Assembly: GCA_036351155.1 (NCBI GenBank)
Contig: JAZBOO010000048.1
Location: 1-27,458, forward strand
Reading direction: 5' to 3'
DNA from: Candidatus Krumholzibacteriia bacterium
GTDB lineage: Bacteria > Krumholzibacteriota > Krumholzibacteriia > LZORAL124-64-63
DNA: 27,458 nucleotides
Shown here: positions 16,574-25,704 of the stretch, piece by piece
How the letters are laid out: the number at the start of each line of letters is the position of its first letter
Position numbering within the stretch: position 1 is the stretch's first letter
Translations under genes and position numbers: made by a program
Notes under the pieces: model-generated
Database searches by the model: none
The model's input: the letters and a program-made list of their open reading frames with translations, nothing else
What the model was told of the DNA's origin: nothing

Positions 16574-17701
16574 TCATCTCCCATGCCACAAGGCCAGCAC
16601 CTCGGCCTCGCGCTCGGCCGTCAGGCCTGACCGCATGGGCCCGTCCTTGCGCTCCTGAGGCACGGTGGCCCACCAGTCCAGGGTGTCGCGCACCGTTTCG
16701 GTGATGGGCCGGAACAGCAGGCCGGTGTTCAGCGCGCGGGTCACATCGATGAAGGGGTGGCCGGCCTCGGCGCCCTCGAGCGGCGACCACACGGGCATGT
16801 CGCTCCAGGAGTGGACCCCTTGCTTCTCCAGCCAGTCGCCGTCGGCGTAGGTGAAGGTGGCGTCGGAGCCGGACACATCCTTGCAGGCGGTGAAAATTTC
16901 GCCCATGGTCAGCTCACCGGACGGGCTGGTGCAGTTGAACACGCCGCAGGTTTGCCGTTCGGCGCAGCGCACCACGTACTCGGCCAGGTCCCTGACATCG
17001 ATCACCTGGGTCACCGTCTCGGGACGATCGGGCACCAGCACCTCGCCGCCCCGGGCGATGCGCACCGGCCAGTAGGTGAAGCGGTCGGTGCGGTCCATGG
17101 GGCCCACGATCAGCCCGGGCCGAATATTACACGCCCGTCCCGGCATGGCGGTTTCGGCCGCCTGCTCGCACAGGGCCTTCAGGCCGCCGTAGGTTTCGCC
17201 CGTGACCTCTTCGGTGGTCTCATCGGTTAGCTTGGCCACGGCCGATTTTTCGTTCAGTCCCTTGATGGAGAAATCACCATACACGCTGATGGTGCTGATG
17301 AAGATGTACTGGCCCACGTTGCCGGCCAACGCGGCCGCCGCTTCGCGCACCACGCGGGGGTAATAGCCGCTGGTGTCGATCACCACGTCCCACTGGCGAC
17401 CCTTCAGGGCATCGTGGCTGACCTTGCGGTCGCCCACGATCTTTTCCAGGTCAGGATACAGGTGCGGGTTGGTGCGACCGCGGTTGAACAGGGTGACCTC
17501 GTGTCCGCGCGCCAGGGAGTCGTTGACGATGGCCGGCCCCAGGAAGGCGGTGCCGCCCAGGATCAGGATCTTCAGCCGGCGTTCGGCCCGCAGTCGTGTG
17601 AAAGCGGCCAGGGCGGACTGGGGCAAGCTGGAGCCGGCGGCCATGAGGGCGGCGGTCCCCAGGGCGGTTTGGCGGACGAACTGGCGACGTGTGATGGTCA
17701 T
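16574..17701 (-). CDS. Tat-signal NAD-dependent epimerase/dehydratase (atypical SDR)
   Basis: TRRQFV...ALA Tat peptide; LGGTAFLG, FNRGRT, YGGLK, RPGLIVGP; AAGGAG RBS. Confidence 0.88.
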   Translation of the reverse strand: MTITRRQFVRQTALGTAALMAAGSSLPQSALAAFTRLRAERRLKILILGGTAFLGPAIVNDSLARGHEVTLFNRGRTNPHLYPDLEKIVGDRKVSHDALKGRQWDVVIDTSGYYPRVVREAAAALAGNVGQYIFISTISVYGDFSIKGLNEKSAVAKLTDETTEEVTGETYGGLKALCEQAAETAMPGRACNIRPGLIVGPMDRTDRFTYWPVRIARGGEVLVPDRPETVTQVIDVRDLAEYVVRCAERQTCGVFNCTSPSGELTMGEIFTACKDVSGSDATFTYADGDWLEKQGVHSWSDMPVWSPLEGAEAGHPFIDVTRALNTGLLFRPITETVRDTLDWWATVPQERKDGPMRSGLTAEREAEVLALWHGR

Positions 17702-17704
17702 CGA

Positions 17705-18988
17705 TCACTCCTTCACAGGTTCAGGTGAGGGCTCACCCAGTTGATGTTGTTTCTTGCCCAGATAGAATCCCAAAATGCTCCACAGCAGGGCCACCGGCAC
17801 GGTGATGAAGGCGATCCCGGACAGGCTCATGACCCGGCTCAGGGCGCTGAAACCCAGCGAGCCGATGGCGTCGCCACCGCGGTAAACAAACGTGTCGACG
17901 AAGCTCTTGACCTTGTACTTCTGATCGCGGCCCACGATGGTGTACAGGGTTTCGCGCGCGGGTTTGCTGAGGGCGTAATTGCTGGCGCGCCGCAGCACCT
18001 GGAACACCACCAGCACCGTCAGGGTGGGCGAGGTGCCCAGAGCGGCAAAACCGATCATGGTCAACACGGGCAGGATCATCAGCACCCGGCCCACGCCCAG
18101 GCGGCTGATCAGCCGGCCGGTCACGAAAAGCTGGGTGGCGAAGGTCAGGATGTTCACCCACAGGTCCATGTTGGCGAAGATGCGGGTGCGGTCGGCCCGA
18201 TCGATGATGTTCGCCGCCACGATCTCGGCCTGCTGGAAATACAGGAAGGTCGAGGTGATGGTGAACAGCAGAATGTACCCCGCCACCGCCAGCAGATAGG
18301 GCGAGCGAACCAGCTCGGTGAACCCGGACCAGGCGCGGCCACGGGGAGTGTGCACCGTGGCTTCTGCTGTGCCGCCACGCCACCCGGCTTGCAGTCCCAG
18401 GTGGCGGATCAAGGCCGCCGCGGCGGTCATCAACACGGCGGACACCAGGATGAGATAGGGCACCCCCACCACGGCGACCAGCTGGGCGGTGATGAACGAT
18501 CCCAGCACAGCGCCCAGGCTACCACCCACGGCGATGATACCGAACAGGCGCTTGCTGCGCTCCAGCCCGAAGCGATCGGCCATGAAGGCCCAGAACAGCG
18601 ACACCGCCCACATGTTGTACACGCTGATCCACACGTAGAACACGCGGCCCAGGGCCACCTGATGTTGCTCGGGGACCACGCGCATGGCCACGAAGAAGGC
18701 CAGCATGTTGGTCATGAAGAACAGGTACACCGCCGGCACGAACACCTTGCGCGACCAGCGGGTGGCCACGGCGCCGAACACCGGAGCCAGGGCCAGCATG
18801 ACGCCCAGGTTGATCAGGTACAGGTTGGGCAGATTGCGCACGCCGCCGGCCAGGCCCATCTCCTCGCGGATGGGACGCAGGATGTAGTATCCGCACAGGA
18901 TCAGGAAAAACAGCAGAGCCGACACCATGGCCGGGCCCACCTCGTCGCGGCGGATGTTGAACAGGCGGATGAGGAAGTCGCGGATCAT
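17705..18988 (-). CDS. MFS transporter, NTP/NDP exchange (TLC/AAA-like) family
   Basis: YYILRPIRE, SLFWAFMAD.F...SKRLFG, KPARETLYT..KYKVKSFVDTFVYRGGD; about 12 TM segments; ATG 18988 after GAAAGG. Confidence 0.85.
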   Translation of the reverse strand: MIRDFLIRLFNIRRDEVGPAMVSALLFFLILCGYYILRPIREEMGLAGGVRNLPNLYLINLGVMLALAPVFGAVATRWSRKVFVPAVYLFFMTNMLAFFVAMRVVPEQHQVALGRVFYVWISVYNMWAVSLFWAFMADRFGLERSKRLFGIIAVGGSLGAVLGSFITAQLVAVVGVPYLILVSAVLMTAAAALIRHLGLQAGWRGGTAEATVHTPRGRAWSGFTELVRSPYLLAVAGYILLFTITSTFLYFQQAEIVAANIIDRADRTRIFANMDLWVNILTFATQLFVTGRLISRLGVGRVLMILPVLTMIGFAALGTSPTLTVLVVFQVLRRASNYALSKPARETLYTIVGRDQKYKVKSFVDTFVYRGGDAIGSLGFSALSRVMSLSGIAFITVPVALLWSILGFYLGKKQHQLGEPSPEPVKE

Positions 18989-19017
18989 GGGGCCTTTCGG
19001 GGGTGCGGGGAGGAGTA

Positions 19018-19037
19018 TTTTCCAACCAGTTGGAAAA
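19018..19037. repeat. Dispersed 20-bp palindrome copy 4 (spacer CA)
   Basis: TTTTCCAACCAGTTGGAAAA. Confidence 0.9.
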
Positions 19038-19094
19038 GCTACCCTACCACTAACGCAGGCCGGGGCCCAGTGTTGCGTGAAAGGCTGGGCTGGT

Positions 19095-19409
19095 CTACTC
19101 CAGAAGCCCCCGCTTCCGGATCTCGGCCGCCAGGTGAGGCCGCGCACGTGGGGTCGTCATGATGACGCCCACAAAGCTGCCCAATCCAGCGCCAATTGAA
19201 CCTCCAATGACCTGGCCGTACGACCAGGGCAGCAGTGTTACCCCGAGCCAGCTCCCCAGAAAAACCATCAACAGGACCGGGAAAATAATGAGCAATAAAA
19301 AAGGATCGCGGATCCGGCGCCCTGCCGTGGCGGCCCAGATTTCCTGCTGCTGCGCCTTGTTCAGGGGGCGGAGTTCGGGGATGTCGCTCAGGCGCCAGTA
19401 GAATTTCAT
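19095..19409 (-). CDS. Small 2-TM hypothetical membrane protein
   Basis: 104 aa; IPELRPL N-terminus, two hydrophobic helices with GxxxG motifs. Confidence 0.65.
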   Translation of the reverse strand: MKFYWRLSDIPELRPLNKAQQQEIWAATAGRRIRDPFLLLIIFPVLLMVFLGSWLGVTLLPWSYGQVIGGSIGAGLGSFVGVIMTTPRARPHLAAEIRKRGLLE

Positions 19410-19453
19410 GGGAAGGTCGCGGTCCTTGTTCTGTTGTTCATGATAACCGAGTG

Positions 19454-19768
19454 CTATCCCGATTCAGGAAGATTCTCCACACCCTTGGGGTCAAGTTCCA
19501 CGGGAGTAATCCGGGGGAAGACTGCCGAAAGCAACAGCAGAGCTCCGGCCAGAAGATAATCCCCCTGGACCAGCGTGATGAAGCCGATGGCCATGGGAAT
19601 GCCGGCCAGGCCACGGATGATCAGGCCTGTTTTCGGGACAAAGCGGAGCGCTTGGCCGCACTGGGGGCAACCCCATCGAGCATACAGGGCATTGCTGAAC
19701 CAGCGCCGGCGCCAAGACACACCATGGCCGCACTCAGGGCAGGATGGAGAGAGGGAGAAAACAGACAT
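19454..19768 (-). CDS. CxxC-x20-CxxC zinc-ribbon membrane protein
   Basis: GAGGA RBS, ATG 19768; CPECG...CPQCG followed by two TM helices. Confidence 0.65.
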   Translation of the reverse strand: MSVFSLSPSCPECGHGVSWRRRWFSNALYARWGCPQCGQALRFVPKTGLIIRGLAGIPMAIGFITLVQGDYLLAGALLLLSAVFPRITPVELDPKGVENLPESG

Positions 19769-19843
19769 GATCGTTTCCTCTGGTAAACGTGGAGGGATAT
19801 TTTGAAGATACCATGTCGTGAAGGGTCCTCCAACCTTTTCCCC

Positions 19844-19863
19844 GATTCCAACGGGTTGGAAAA
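19844..19863. repeat. Dispersed palindrome copy 5 (18/20; spacer GG), adjacent to the tspO stop
   Basis: GATTCCAACGGGTTGGAAAA followed by TCCGGGCTA. Confidence 0.85.
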
Positions 19864-19869
19864 TCCGGG

Positions 19870-20334
19870 CTATGAGTTCAATCGCCACAGCGTGAAGTTG
19901 AGCACGCTGGCAAAAGATACCCAGCACAGATACGGCACCAGCAGCGCGCCGGCGGGAACGGAAACACGCCAGAACCCGATCATGACCACCAGGATCATGG
20001 TCCAGAGCACTCCGATTTCGATCAGCGCCCACCCGGGCTGGTGCAGGCCGAAGAACAGGTACGACCACAGGGCGTTGAATACCAGGTGCACGAGGAACAG
20101 GCTCAGGACCGGACGCGCGCCAGCAAACCCGACCTTGCGCCACACCAGCCAGGCCGCTATGCCCATGAGAATGTAGAGGGTGGTCCACACCGGGCCGAAC
20201 ACCCAGCTCGGAGGGTTCCAGCTGGGCTTGGTCAGGGAGGCATACCATTCTCCGGGCATGAACTGGGAGCCCACGCCGCCCGCGGCCATGGAGACGAGGA
20301 TCCAGAGGATCAGTCCTATTATAGAGTTCTTGAT
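19870..20334 (-). CDS. tspO: TspO/MBR tryptophan-rich sensory protein
   Basis: WYASLTKPSWNPPSWVFGPVWT.LY, NALWSYLFFG, LLVPYL.WVSFAS.LN; start uncertain (ATC 20334 behind GAGGAG, or ATG 20370). Confidence 0.9.
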   Translation of the reverse strand: MKNSIIGLILWILVSMAAGGVGSQFMPGEWYASLTKPSWNPPSWVFGPVWTTLYILMGIAAWLVWRKVGFAGARPVLSLFLVHLVFNALWSYLFFGLHQPGWALIEIGVLWTMILVVMIGFWRVSVPAGALLVPYLCWVSFASVLNFTLWRLNS

Positions 20335-20353
20335 AACAGACTCCTCGAGTTCA

Positions 20354-20461
20354 TCAAGCACTAACGCCATTCCACTCTGATGCCAGGATGCCAAAGACCA
20401 GGTCTTCGACCCACTCGCGCTTGAACCAAAAAACTTCCGCATCGGAGCGATAGCCAAGCAT
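20354..20461 (-). pseudogene. C-terminal remnant of a RimJ/RimL-type GNAT acetyltransferase
   Basis: Reads ...EVFWFKREWVEDLVFGILASEWNGVSA*, matching the typical WFKGEWxDDxxxxILxxEW C-terminus; N-terminal part absent. Confidence 0.6.
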
Positions 20462-20495
20462 TGGTTTTACTGACACGTGGCTGTCGGGTAGCCGC

Positions 20496-20924
20496 TTAGC
20501 TGAATCCACCTAATGCCCAGAGCACCAAAACTAGACTGATTGATGCAACGGCAGATGTCGCAATTCCTGTTTGTCGGGACCGAACCCAGCCGGAAAGACC
20601 GACACTGACCAGTAGCGCAATGACACCAATGCCGAACCCCAACGTACTGACTATTCGCGCGGTTCCTGTAGACGCGCCGCTGGCAACATTACTCGGAACG
20701 TCAGGGTGTAGCACAATGGTCAACATCACGGACGCAATCACCGCGACGACAAAGCTGCATGCTGCAGTCGCCGCAGAGCCTACGACCCAGCCGGCCATGC
20801 GTTTTGACGAAGCCACGACCAATAGAGTCGCCAAAAACGTAGCGGAAAAGCCGCCCAAAAACGCGCTAAGAAAAGCTAACTGATGCGAAATTTCGGCGAG
20901 ATAGCTATTTGACAGTGCTTGCAT
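20496..20924 (-). CDS. Hypothetical 4-TM membrane protein with atypical codon usage
   Basis: 142 aa, four hydrophobic segments; many A/T-ending codons. Confidence 0.7.
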   Translation of the reverse strand: MQALSNSYLAEISHQLAFLSAFLGGFSATFLATLLVVASSKRMAGWVVGSAATAACSFVVAVIASVMLTIVLHPDVPSNVASGASTGTARIVSTLGFGIGVIALLVSVGLSGWVRSRQTGIATSAVASISLVLVLWALGGFS

Positions 20925-20991
20925 TGCCGTTTAACCCCAAATTCTGGTTTCAATGCCTATCCTCGTCACGCTCCCTCATGAATAATCCGGG

Positions 20992-21363
20992 CTAGAATTC
21001 GAGCCGATCAAATTCCTTCTTGGTGATTTCCGATTTCACTTTACCGGTGTGAGCAATCCCCGCCGGTTCAAAAAGCATTAGCCTGACATGCCCCCGGGGA
21101 ACAATCCTATGTTCAACCCCTCGAGGGACGATGTAAAACTCCCCATCGCGCAGTACCGTAGTCCTGTCCCTTTCCAGAATCTCCAGTTCGCCATCCAGCA
21201 CGAGGAACATCTCGTCCTCATTGGCATGAGTATGCCACGGCACCTTGTCGCCCTCCACGCGGACAACCAGTACATACTGCCCATTAAGTTCGCCTACAAT
21301 CTTGGGCGAGAACGTATCGCTGAAACGCTCAAAACATCTTTCGAGATTCACGACCCCCGACAT
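20992..21363 (-). CDS. Cupin domain protein
   Basis: WHTHANEDEMFLVLDG...VPRGVEH cupin motifs; GAGGAG RBS before ATG 21363. Confidence 0.88.
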   Translation of the reverse strand: MSGVVNLERCFERFSDTFSPKIVGELNGQYVLVVRVEGDKVPWHTHANEDEMFLVLDGELEILERDRTTVLRDGEFYIVPRGVEHRIVPRGHVRLMLFEPAGIAHTGKVKSEITKKEFDRLEF

Positions 21364-21429
21364 ATTACCCTCCTCGAGGCAAAAAGATGGCTTTACCCGC
21401 AAGTGTGATGGACAGAGCACTGGCTTCAT

Positions 21430-22122
21430 TCAGTCCATGATCAGTTCGGTCGGCAAATCGGGCGAAGAAAAAGGGCCAAAGAGTCGCTGATACCCGCCAC
21501 GCCATTGCGGTTCATGGGCCGGGCCGACAGGCCGCTCTACCAGAAAGTACAGCGACTGCACCTCGGGCTGCAGCAACCATTCCATCTCGCTTCCCAGGGC
21601 AACAGGCGGGAATTGACGAGACCCCAATGAGACCGGCTCGCCACGCGGACCGACAGGTGGCAGACCAAAGAACATACCCACCCTCACATTGCCCTGCGAT
21701 GCTCCCTCGGCAGCCCGCAAGGTCAGTCGGTGGCTGACCAAGCGATCGCGCAAATCAATCACACCTAAATCAATCTGGCCTGTCTGGGTACCCTCCGGGA
21801 GATTGTGGGCCTCGATGGCATACAACGGGATCCGGTGGCCGTTCGATACAACAACGCCGCCGAGATACCCTCGAACGGTATCGGAAAACCGCCCCTCCTC
21901 ATCGAACAGTATCCACTGATCTCGAGGTTCTCTGCCGGTTTCCGTGAAGGTGGCGACCACCTCAACTCCGCGGCTTCCGCTTCCGGGCGGCAACAACAAT
22001 TGGCCTACCAGTGTCTGGGTGGGGGCTGGATCGACTTGATGATGTGCAGGCTCCCCGCGGCACAGGCTGAAAGCAGTGACCGCTGTGGTCACAATGAAAA
22101 CGGCGAAAGCAAAAAGCCTCAT
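21430..22122 (-). CDS. Secreted hypothetical protein (~230 aa)
   Basis: GGAG RBS, MRLFAFAVFIVTTAVTA signal-like N-terminus; same strand as neighbours. Confidence 0.6.
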   Translation of the reverse strand: MRLFAFAVFIVTTAVTAFSLCRGEPAHHQVDPAPTQTLVGQLLLPPGSGSRGVEVVATFTETGREPRDQWILFDEEGRFSDTVRGYLGGVVVSNGHRIPLYAIEAHNLPEGTQTGQIDLGVIDLRDRLVSHRLTLRAAEGASQGNVRVGMFFGLPPVGPRGEPVSLGSRQFPPVALGSEMEWLLQPEVQSLYFLVERPVGPAHEPQWRGGYQRLFGPFSSPDLPTELIMD

Positions 22123-22148
22123 GTGGCCACTCCGAATCCCTTCCGTGG

Positions 22149-22736
22149 TTACTTGTCGTTCGAATGCAAACGCCACAACCCGCGGCCCAGCTTGCGTCCA
22201 CCCCGGACCAGCAGGTAGATCACCAGCACCACGGCGGCCAGGGGCATGAGCACGGCCAGCACGGCCAAGGCCACCGACCCACCGGTTTCCAGGCCGGCGA
22301 AGACCGGGTTGGCCACCCCGCCCGTGGTGGCCGTCGAGCCCATGCGTAACCCTGCCAGTGAACCGTGGAACAGCCCCGCGGTTCCGCCGCCGGCCACGAT
22401 GGCCATGGACCATCTCAGCCAGGGGGCCATGTCGACCAGAGCCGAGGCCATCAAAACGGTGCCGGCAATGACGGCGGCCGGTCCGGCCACCACATCCAGC
22501 AAATGATCGAAGTAGGGGATGAAGTAGGCGGCGACTTCCAGAGTGGCGGCCACGGTGAACATGACCAGGGCGGCGTCACTGCCCAGCCACTCGAAGCCAC
22601 CCGACAAGGTCACCACCGAGGCGCGCGAGGCCAGACTGACCACAAGGAAGGGCATGAACACGCGAAATCCCACGGCGGCGGCCAGGCCCAGTCCGAGCGC
22701 GGCGGCCATGATGGTCTGGGGAGTGCCGAGGTCCAT
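22149..22736 (-). CDS. DUF4126 membrane protein
   Basis: GLGLAAAVGFRVFMP, EV.AYFIPYFDHLLD, STATTGG.ANP signatures. Confidence 0.85.
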   Translation of the reverse strand: MDLGTPQTIMAAALGLGLAAAVGFRVFMPFLVVSLASRASVVTLSGGFEWLGSDAALVMFTVAATLEVAAYFIPYFDHLLDVVAGPAAVIAGTVLMASALVDMAPWLRWSMAIVAGGGTAGLFHGSLAGLRMGSTATTGGVANPVFAGLETGGSVALAVLAVLMPLAAVVLVIYLLVRGGRKLGRGLWRLHSNDK

Positions 22737-22742
22737 GGTCCA

Positions 22743-23168
22743 TTACCCGATCGTCAAGAGGATGATGCCGCCCACGGTCAGAACCATACCCGCCAGTGTT
22801 TTGAGGGTCAACGGTTCCCCGCCGATGGTCAGCGCCAGCAATGCGCCGAACAGCGGTGAGGTAAAGGCGATGGGCATGACCTTGGTCAAGGGCGCGCCCT
22901 TCAGCGCCGTGTAGAAACACAGCATGCCCACCGACCCGGCCACCACACCACCACCGATGATCATGTAAGCCAGGGCCTTGGGCCCCGCCTGGCCGATGGA
23001 CTTCAGGTGCGGGGCACTCACGAAACCCAGAACCACCAGGGCCACCGCTGTGCGAATGGTGATGCCGACCTGAGGGGAAAGATTCCCCAGGTGCAGGCCC
23101 TTCTTTTCGAAGTAGCCGCCGATGCCCCAGGCCGCGGCGGTCAACAGAGCGAACAGTTGAGGTTTCAC
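22743..23168 (-). CDS. EamA/DMT single-domain membrane transporter
   Basis: AAWGIGGYFEKKGL, FYTALKGAP..KVMPI..SPL...GEPLT; GTG start after AAGGAG. Confidence 0.85.
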   Translation of the reverse strand: MKPQLFALLTAAAWGIGGYFEKKGLHLGNLSPQVGITIRTAVALVVLGFVSAPHLKSIGQAGPKALAYMIIGGGVVAGSVGMLCFYTALKGAPLTKVMPIAFTSPLFGALLALTIGGEPLTLKTLAGMVLTVGGIILLTIG

Positions 23169-23432
23169 GAAAGCTCCTTGGCTGAGGGTTTCGGCAAAAC
23201 TATAGCACCTACGGGCCGCTCACCAATATTCTTCAATGGTGGGTAATAGTATTGAGCAATATTCTCATTCTCAAATAACCACAGGCGCAAGCTGTTGGGG
23301 GACAACATTATGGCGCTCGGCACGAACCGTGCATAAGCTTTCTATACAGCCCCGACAGCACGAGTCACTTCGACTCTCCCGGCGCCAGAAGGCCCGGACA
23401 TAGATCAGAGGGCAAACCCTGAGGAGTTCATC

Positions 23433-23753
23433 ATGAAACGCTTTGCACAGATTCTCACCCTGGCCACCGTCGCCACTTTCGCCTTCGCTTCCCTGGCTGT
23501 CGCGGAGATCCCCACCGACAGTTTCGCCGACCGCTTCATCAACGCGTACGACAATGACGAGCAAGGTCCCCAGGTCATGGGACAGGCTTCCGACACCGAG
23601 ATGGGCGCCATTCCTGCCAACCTGGTGTTCGACAACACCCAGGCAGATTTCGACAAGAGCCGGGGCTACTGCGCCAGCAGCTCGGTCGAGGCCGGCGTCA
23701 CCGCTCTGGAAGAGTTGACCGTACTGGACGAACTGCACGGCATCGGCTTCTAG
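23433..23753 (+). CDS. Secreted acidic hypothetical protein (106 aa)
   Basis: GAGGAG RBS; MKRFAQILTLATVATFAFASLAVA signal peptide; terminator follows. Confidence 0.75.
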   Translation: MKRFAQILTLATVATFAFASLAVAEIPTDSFADRFINAYDNDEQGPQVMGQASDTEMGAIPANLVFDNTQADFDKSRGYCASSSVEAGVTALEELTVLDELHGIGF

Positions 23754-23759
23754 GCCCAT

Positions 23760-23797
23760 AAAAACAACCCCCGCCGGACCAGCTTCCGGCGGGGGTT
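23760..23797. terminator. Intrinsic terminator between convergent genes
   Basis: 13-bp stem AACCCCCGCCGGA(23766-78)/TCCGGCGGGGGTT(23785-97); T run on the minus strand. Confidence 0.8.
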
Positions 23798-23822
23798 ATG
23801 GTGTTTCAGCACATCAACCGGA

Positions 23823-24611
23823 TCAATCGCCATCCAGCAACCGACCCAGTCCACCCAGGACCGAGCCTTCACCCTTCGAGCGCCCACCCGCCTTGGGCGC
23901 GTGGGCGATGATGCGGTCGGCCATGCGCGAGAACGGCAGGCTCTGCAGGTACACCGTGCCGTGACCGCGCAGGGTCACCAGGAACAGACCCTCGCCGCCG
24001 AAGATCATGCTCTTGAGGTTGCCGGCGCGCTTGATGTCGTAGTCTATGCCCCCCGTAAAACCCACCAGGCAGCCGGTGTCGACCAGCAGGGTTTCCCCGT
24101 TGAGTTCCTTGCGCACCACGGTGCCGCCGGCGTGCACGAAAGCGCGGCCGTCGCCTTCCAGCTTCTGCAGGATGAATCCCTCGCCGCCAAAGAAGCCGGC
24201 GCCCAGCTTGCGCTGCAGGGTGATGGTGACCTTGGTTCCCTTGGCCGCGGCCAGGAAGGCGTCCTTCTGGCAGATGAAGCCGCCGCCCAGTGCACCCAGC
24301 TCCAGGGGCATGATCTGTCCAGGGTAGGGGGCGGCAAAGGCCACCCGCTTCTTGCCCTGGCCCTGGTTGGTGAAGTGGGTCATGAAGATGGATTCGCCGG
24401 TCAGCACGCGCTTGCCCACGGTCAGCAGCTTGTCCATCATGCCCTGGTTGGCCACCGACCCATCGCCCATGTGGGCCTCGAAGCCGATGCCCTCGTCCAT
24501 GTAGTTCAGGGCGCCGGCCTCGGCGATCACCGTCTCGCCGGGATCCAGTTCGATTTCCACGATCTGCATATCATTGCCCAGAATGTCGTAGTCGATCTCG
24601 TGACTGTTCAT
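23823..24611 (-). CDS. TIGR00266 / AIM24 family protein
   Basis: [52 protein letters not shown]. Confidence 0.9.
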   Translation of the reverse strand: MNSHEIDYDILGNDMQIVEIELDPGETVIAEAGALNYMDEGIGFEAHMGDGSVANQGMMDKLLTVGKRVLTGESIFMTHFTNQGQGKKRVAFAAPYPGQIMPLELGALGGGFICQKDAFLAAAKGTKVTITLQRKLGAGFFGGEGFILQKLEGDGRAFVHAGGTVVRKELNGETLLVDTGCLVGFTGGIDYDIKRAGNLKSMIFGGEGLFLVTLRGHGTVYLQSLPFSRMADRIIAHAPKAGGRSKGEGSVLGGLGRLLDGD

Positions 24612-24636
24612 CTTTCCATTCTCCCTTGAGGTCATA

Positions 24637-25704
24637 TCAACAAATTCGGGGCAACTGTTCCCCGATCGGCATGTCCACGATACGTTCGGCTCCCAGACCG
24701 GTTTTCAAGGTCACGGTGCCGGGGTGTTCGGCCACCACTTGTCCGATGACTACGGCATCGCGGCCCAGAGGTTGCCGGCGAAGTGCGGCCACCACCTGGT
24801 CGGCCGCCTCGCCCGGCACCACGGCCACCAGCTTGCCTTCGTTGGCCACGTAAAGGGGGTCGATGCCCAGGATTTCACAGGCGGCCATCACGTCCGGTCG
24901 CACCGGCAAGGCGTTGCCGTCCAACTGGATACCCACATTGCTGGCGGTGGCAAACTCGTTCAGGGTAGTGGCGCAGCCGCCCCGGGTGGGGTCGCGCATG
25001 GTGCGCACCTCAGGGCAGGTTTCCAGGATCAGGCGGGTGAGCCCATTCAACGCCGCGGTGTCACTCTGGACTGACGACTGGAACGACAGGCCCTCGCGCA
25101 CCGTCATGACGGCCATGCCGTGGTCGGCCAGGGTGCCCGAAAGGATGATCTTGTCGCCGGGCTTCAACGAGGCCGCTGACAGGTTGACGCCCGCCGGTAT
25201 GATGCCCACGCCCGAGGTGTTGATGAAGATTTTATCGCAGCTGCCCTTGCCAACAACCTTGGTGTCGCCGGTGACGATGCGCACGCCGGCACTGCGAGCC
25301 GCGGCCTCCATGGAACACAGGATGCGATGGAAATCACTCAGCGGCAGGCCTTCTTCCAGCACGAAGCCCACACTCAGGGCCACGGGATCGGCGCCGCTCA
25401 TGGCCACGTCGTTCACGGTGCCGTTGATGGCCAGGTCGCCGATGTCGCCCCCTGGAAAGAACAGCGGACTGACCACGAAGGTGTCGGTGGAAAAAGCCAG
25501 GCGACCGGGTGGCAAATCGAGCACCGCCTGGTCCTCCATCTTGTTCAGCTCGTCGCTGGCAAAGCGGGGCAGGATCATCTTCTCGATCAGGTCGCTGGAC
25601 AATCGCCCGCCCGCCCCGTGGGCCAGCTGCACCGTGTCGTGGTCCAGGATGGGCAGGGGGCAGGAAGCGTTCTGGAAGTCCGGTCGATCTTGATGATCAG
25701 TCAA
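24637..25704 (-). CDS. hypE: Hydrogenase maturation protein HypE (carbamoyl dehydratase)
   Basis: AHGAGG, GTVND, TGDTKVV, RDPTRGG, ANEGK, C-terminal QLPRIC; probable TTG start overlapping the hypD stop. Confidence 0.95.
   Translation of the reverse strand: MTDHQDRPDFQNASCPLPILDHDTVQLAHGAGGRLSSDLIEKMILPRFASDELNKMEDQAVLDLPPGRLAFSTDTFVVSPLFFPGGDIGDLAINGTVNDVAMSGADPVALSVGFVLEEGLPLSDFHRILCSMEAAARSAGVRIVTGDTKVVGKGSCDKIFINTSGVGIIPAGVNLSAASLKPGDKIILSGTLADHGMAVMTVREGLSFQSSVQSDTAALNGLTRLILETCPEVRTMRDPTRGGCATTLNEFATASNVGIQLDGNALPVRPDVMAACEILGIDPLYVANEGKLVAVVPGEAADQVVAALRRQPLGRDAVVIGQVVAEHPGTVTLKTGLGAERIVDMPIGEQLPRIC

Noticed and set aside
3420..19863. CRISPR array built from the TTTTCCAAC palindromes
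   Set aside because: Copies are kilobases apart, with no regular spacers and no cas genes.
20340..20990. Integron attC sites around the atypical 142-aa gene
   Set aside because: Only partial GTTAG/GCTAAG matches and no paired RYYYAAC...GTTRRRY fold; the spacer is better explained as a GNAT remnant.
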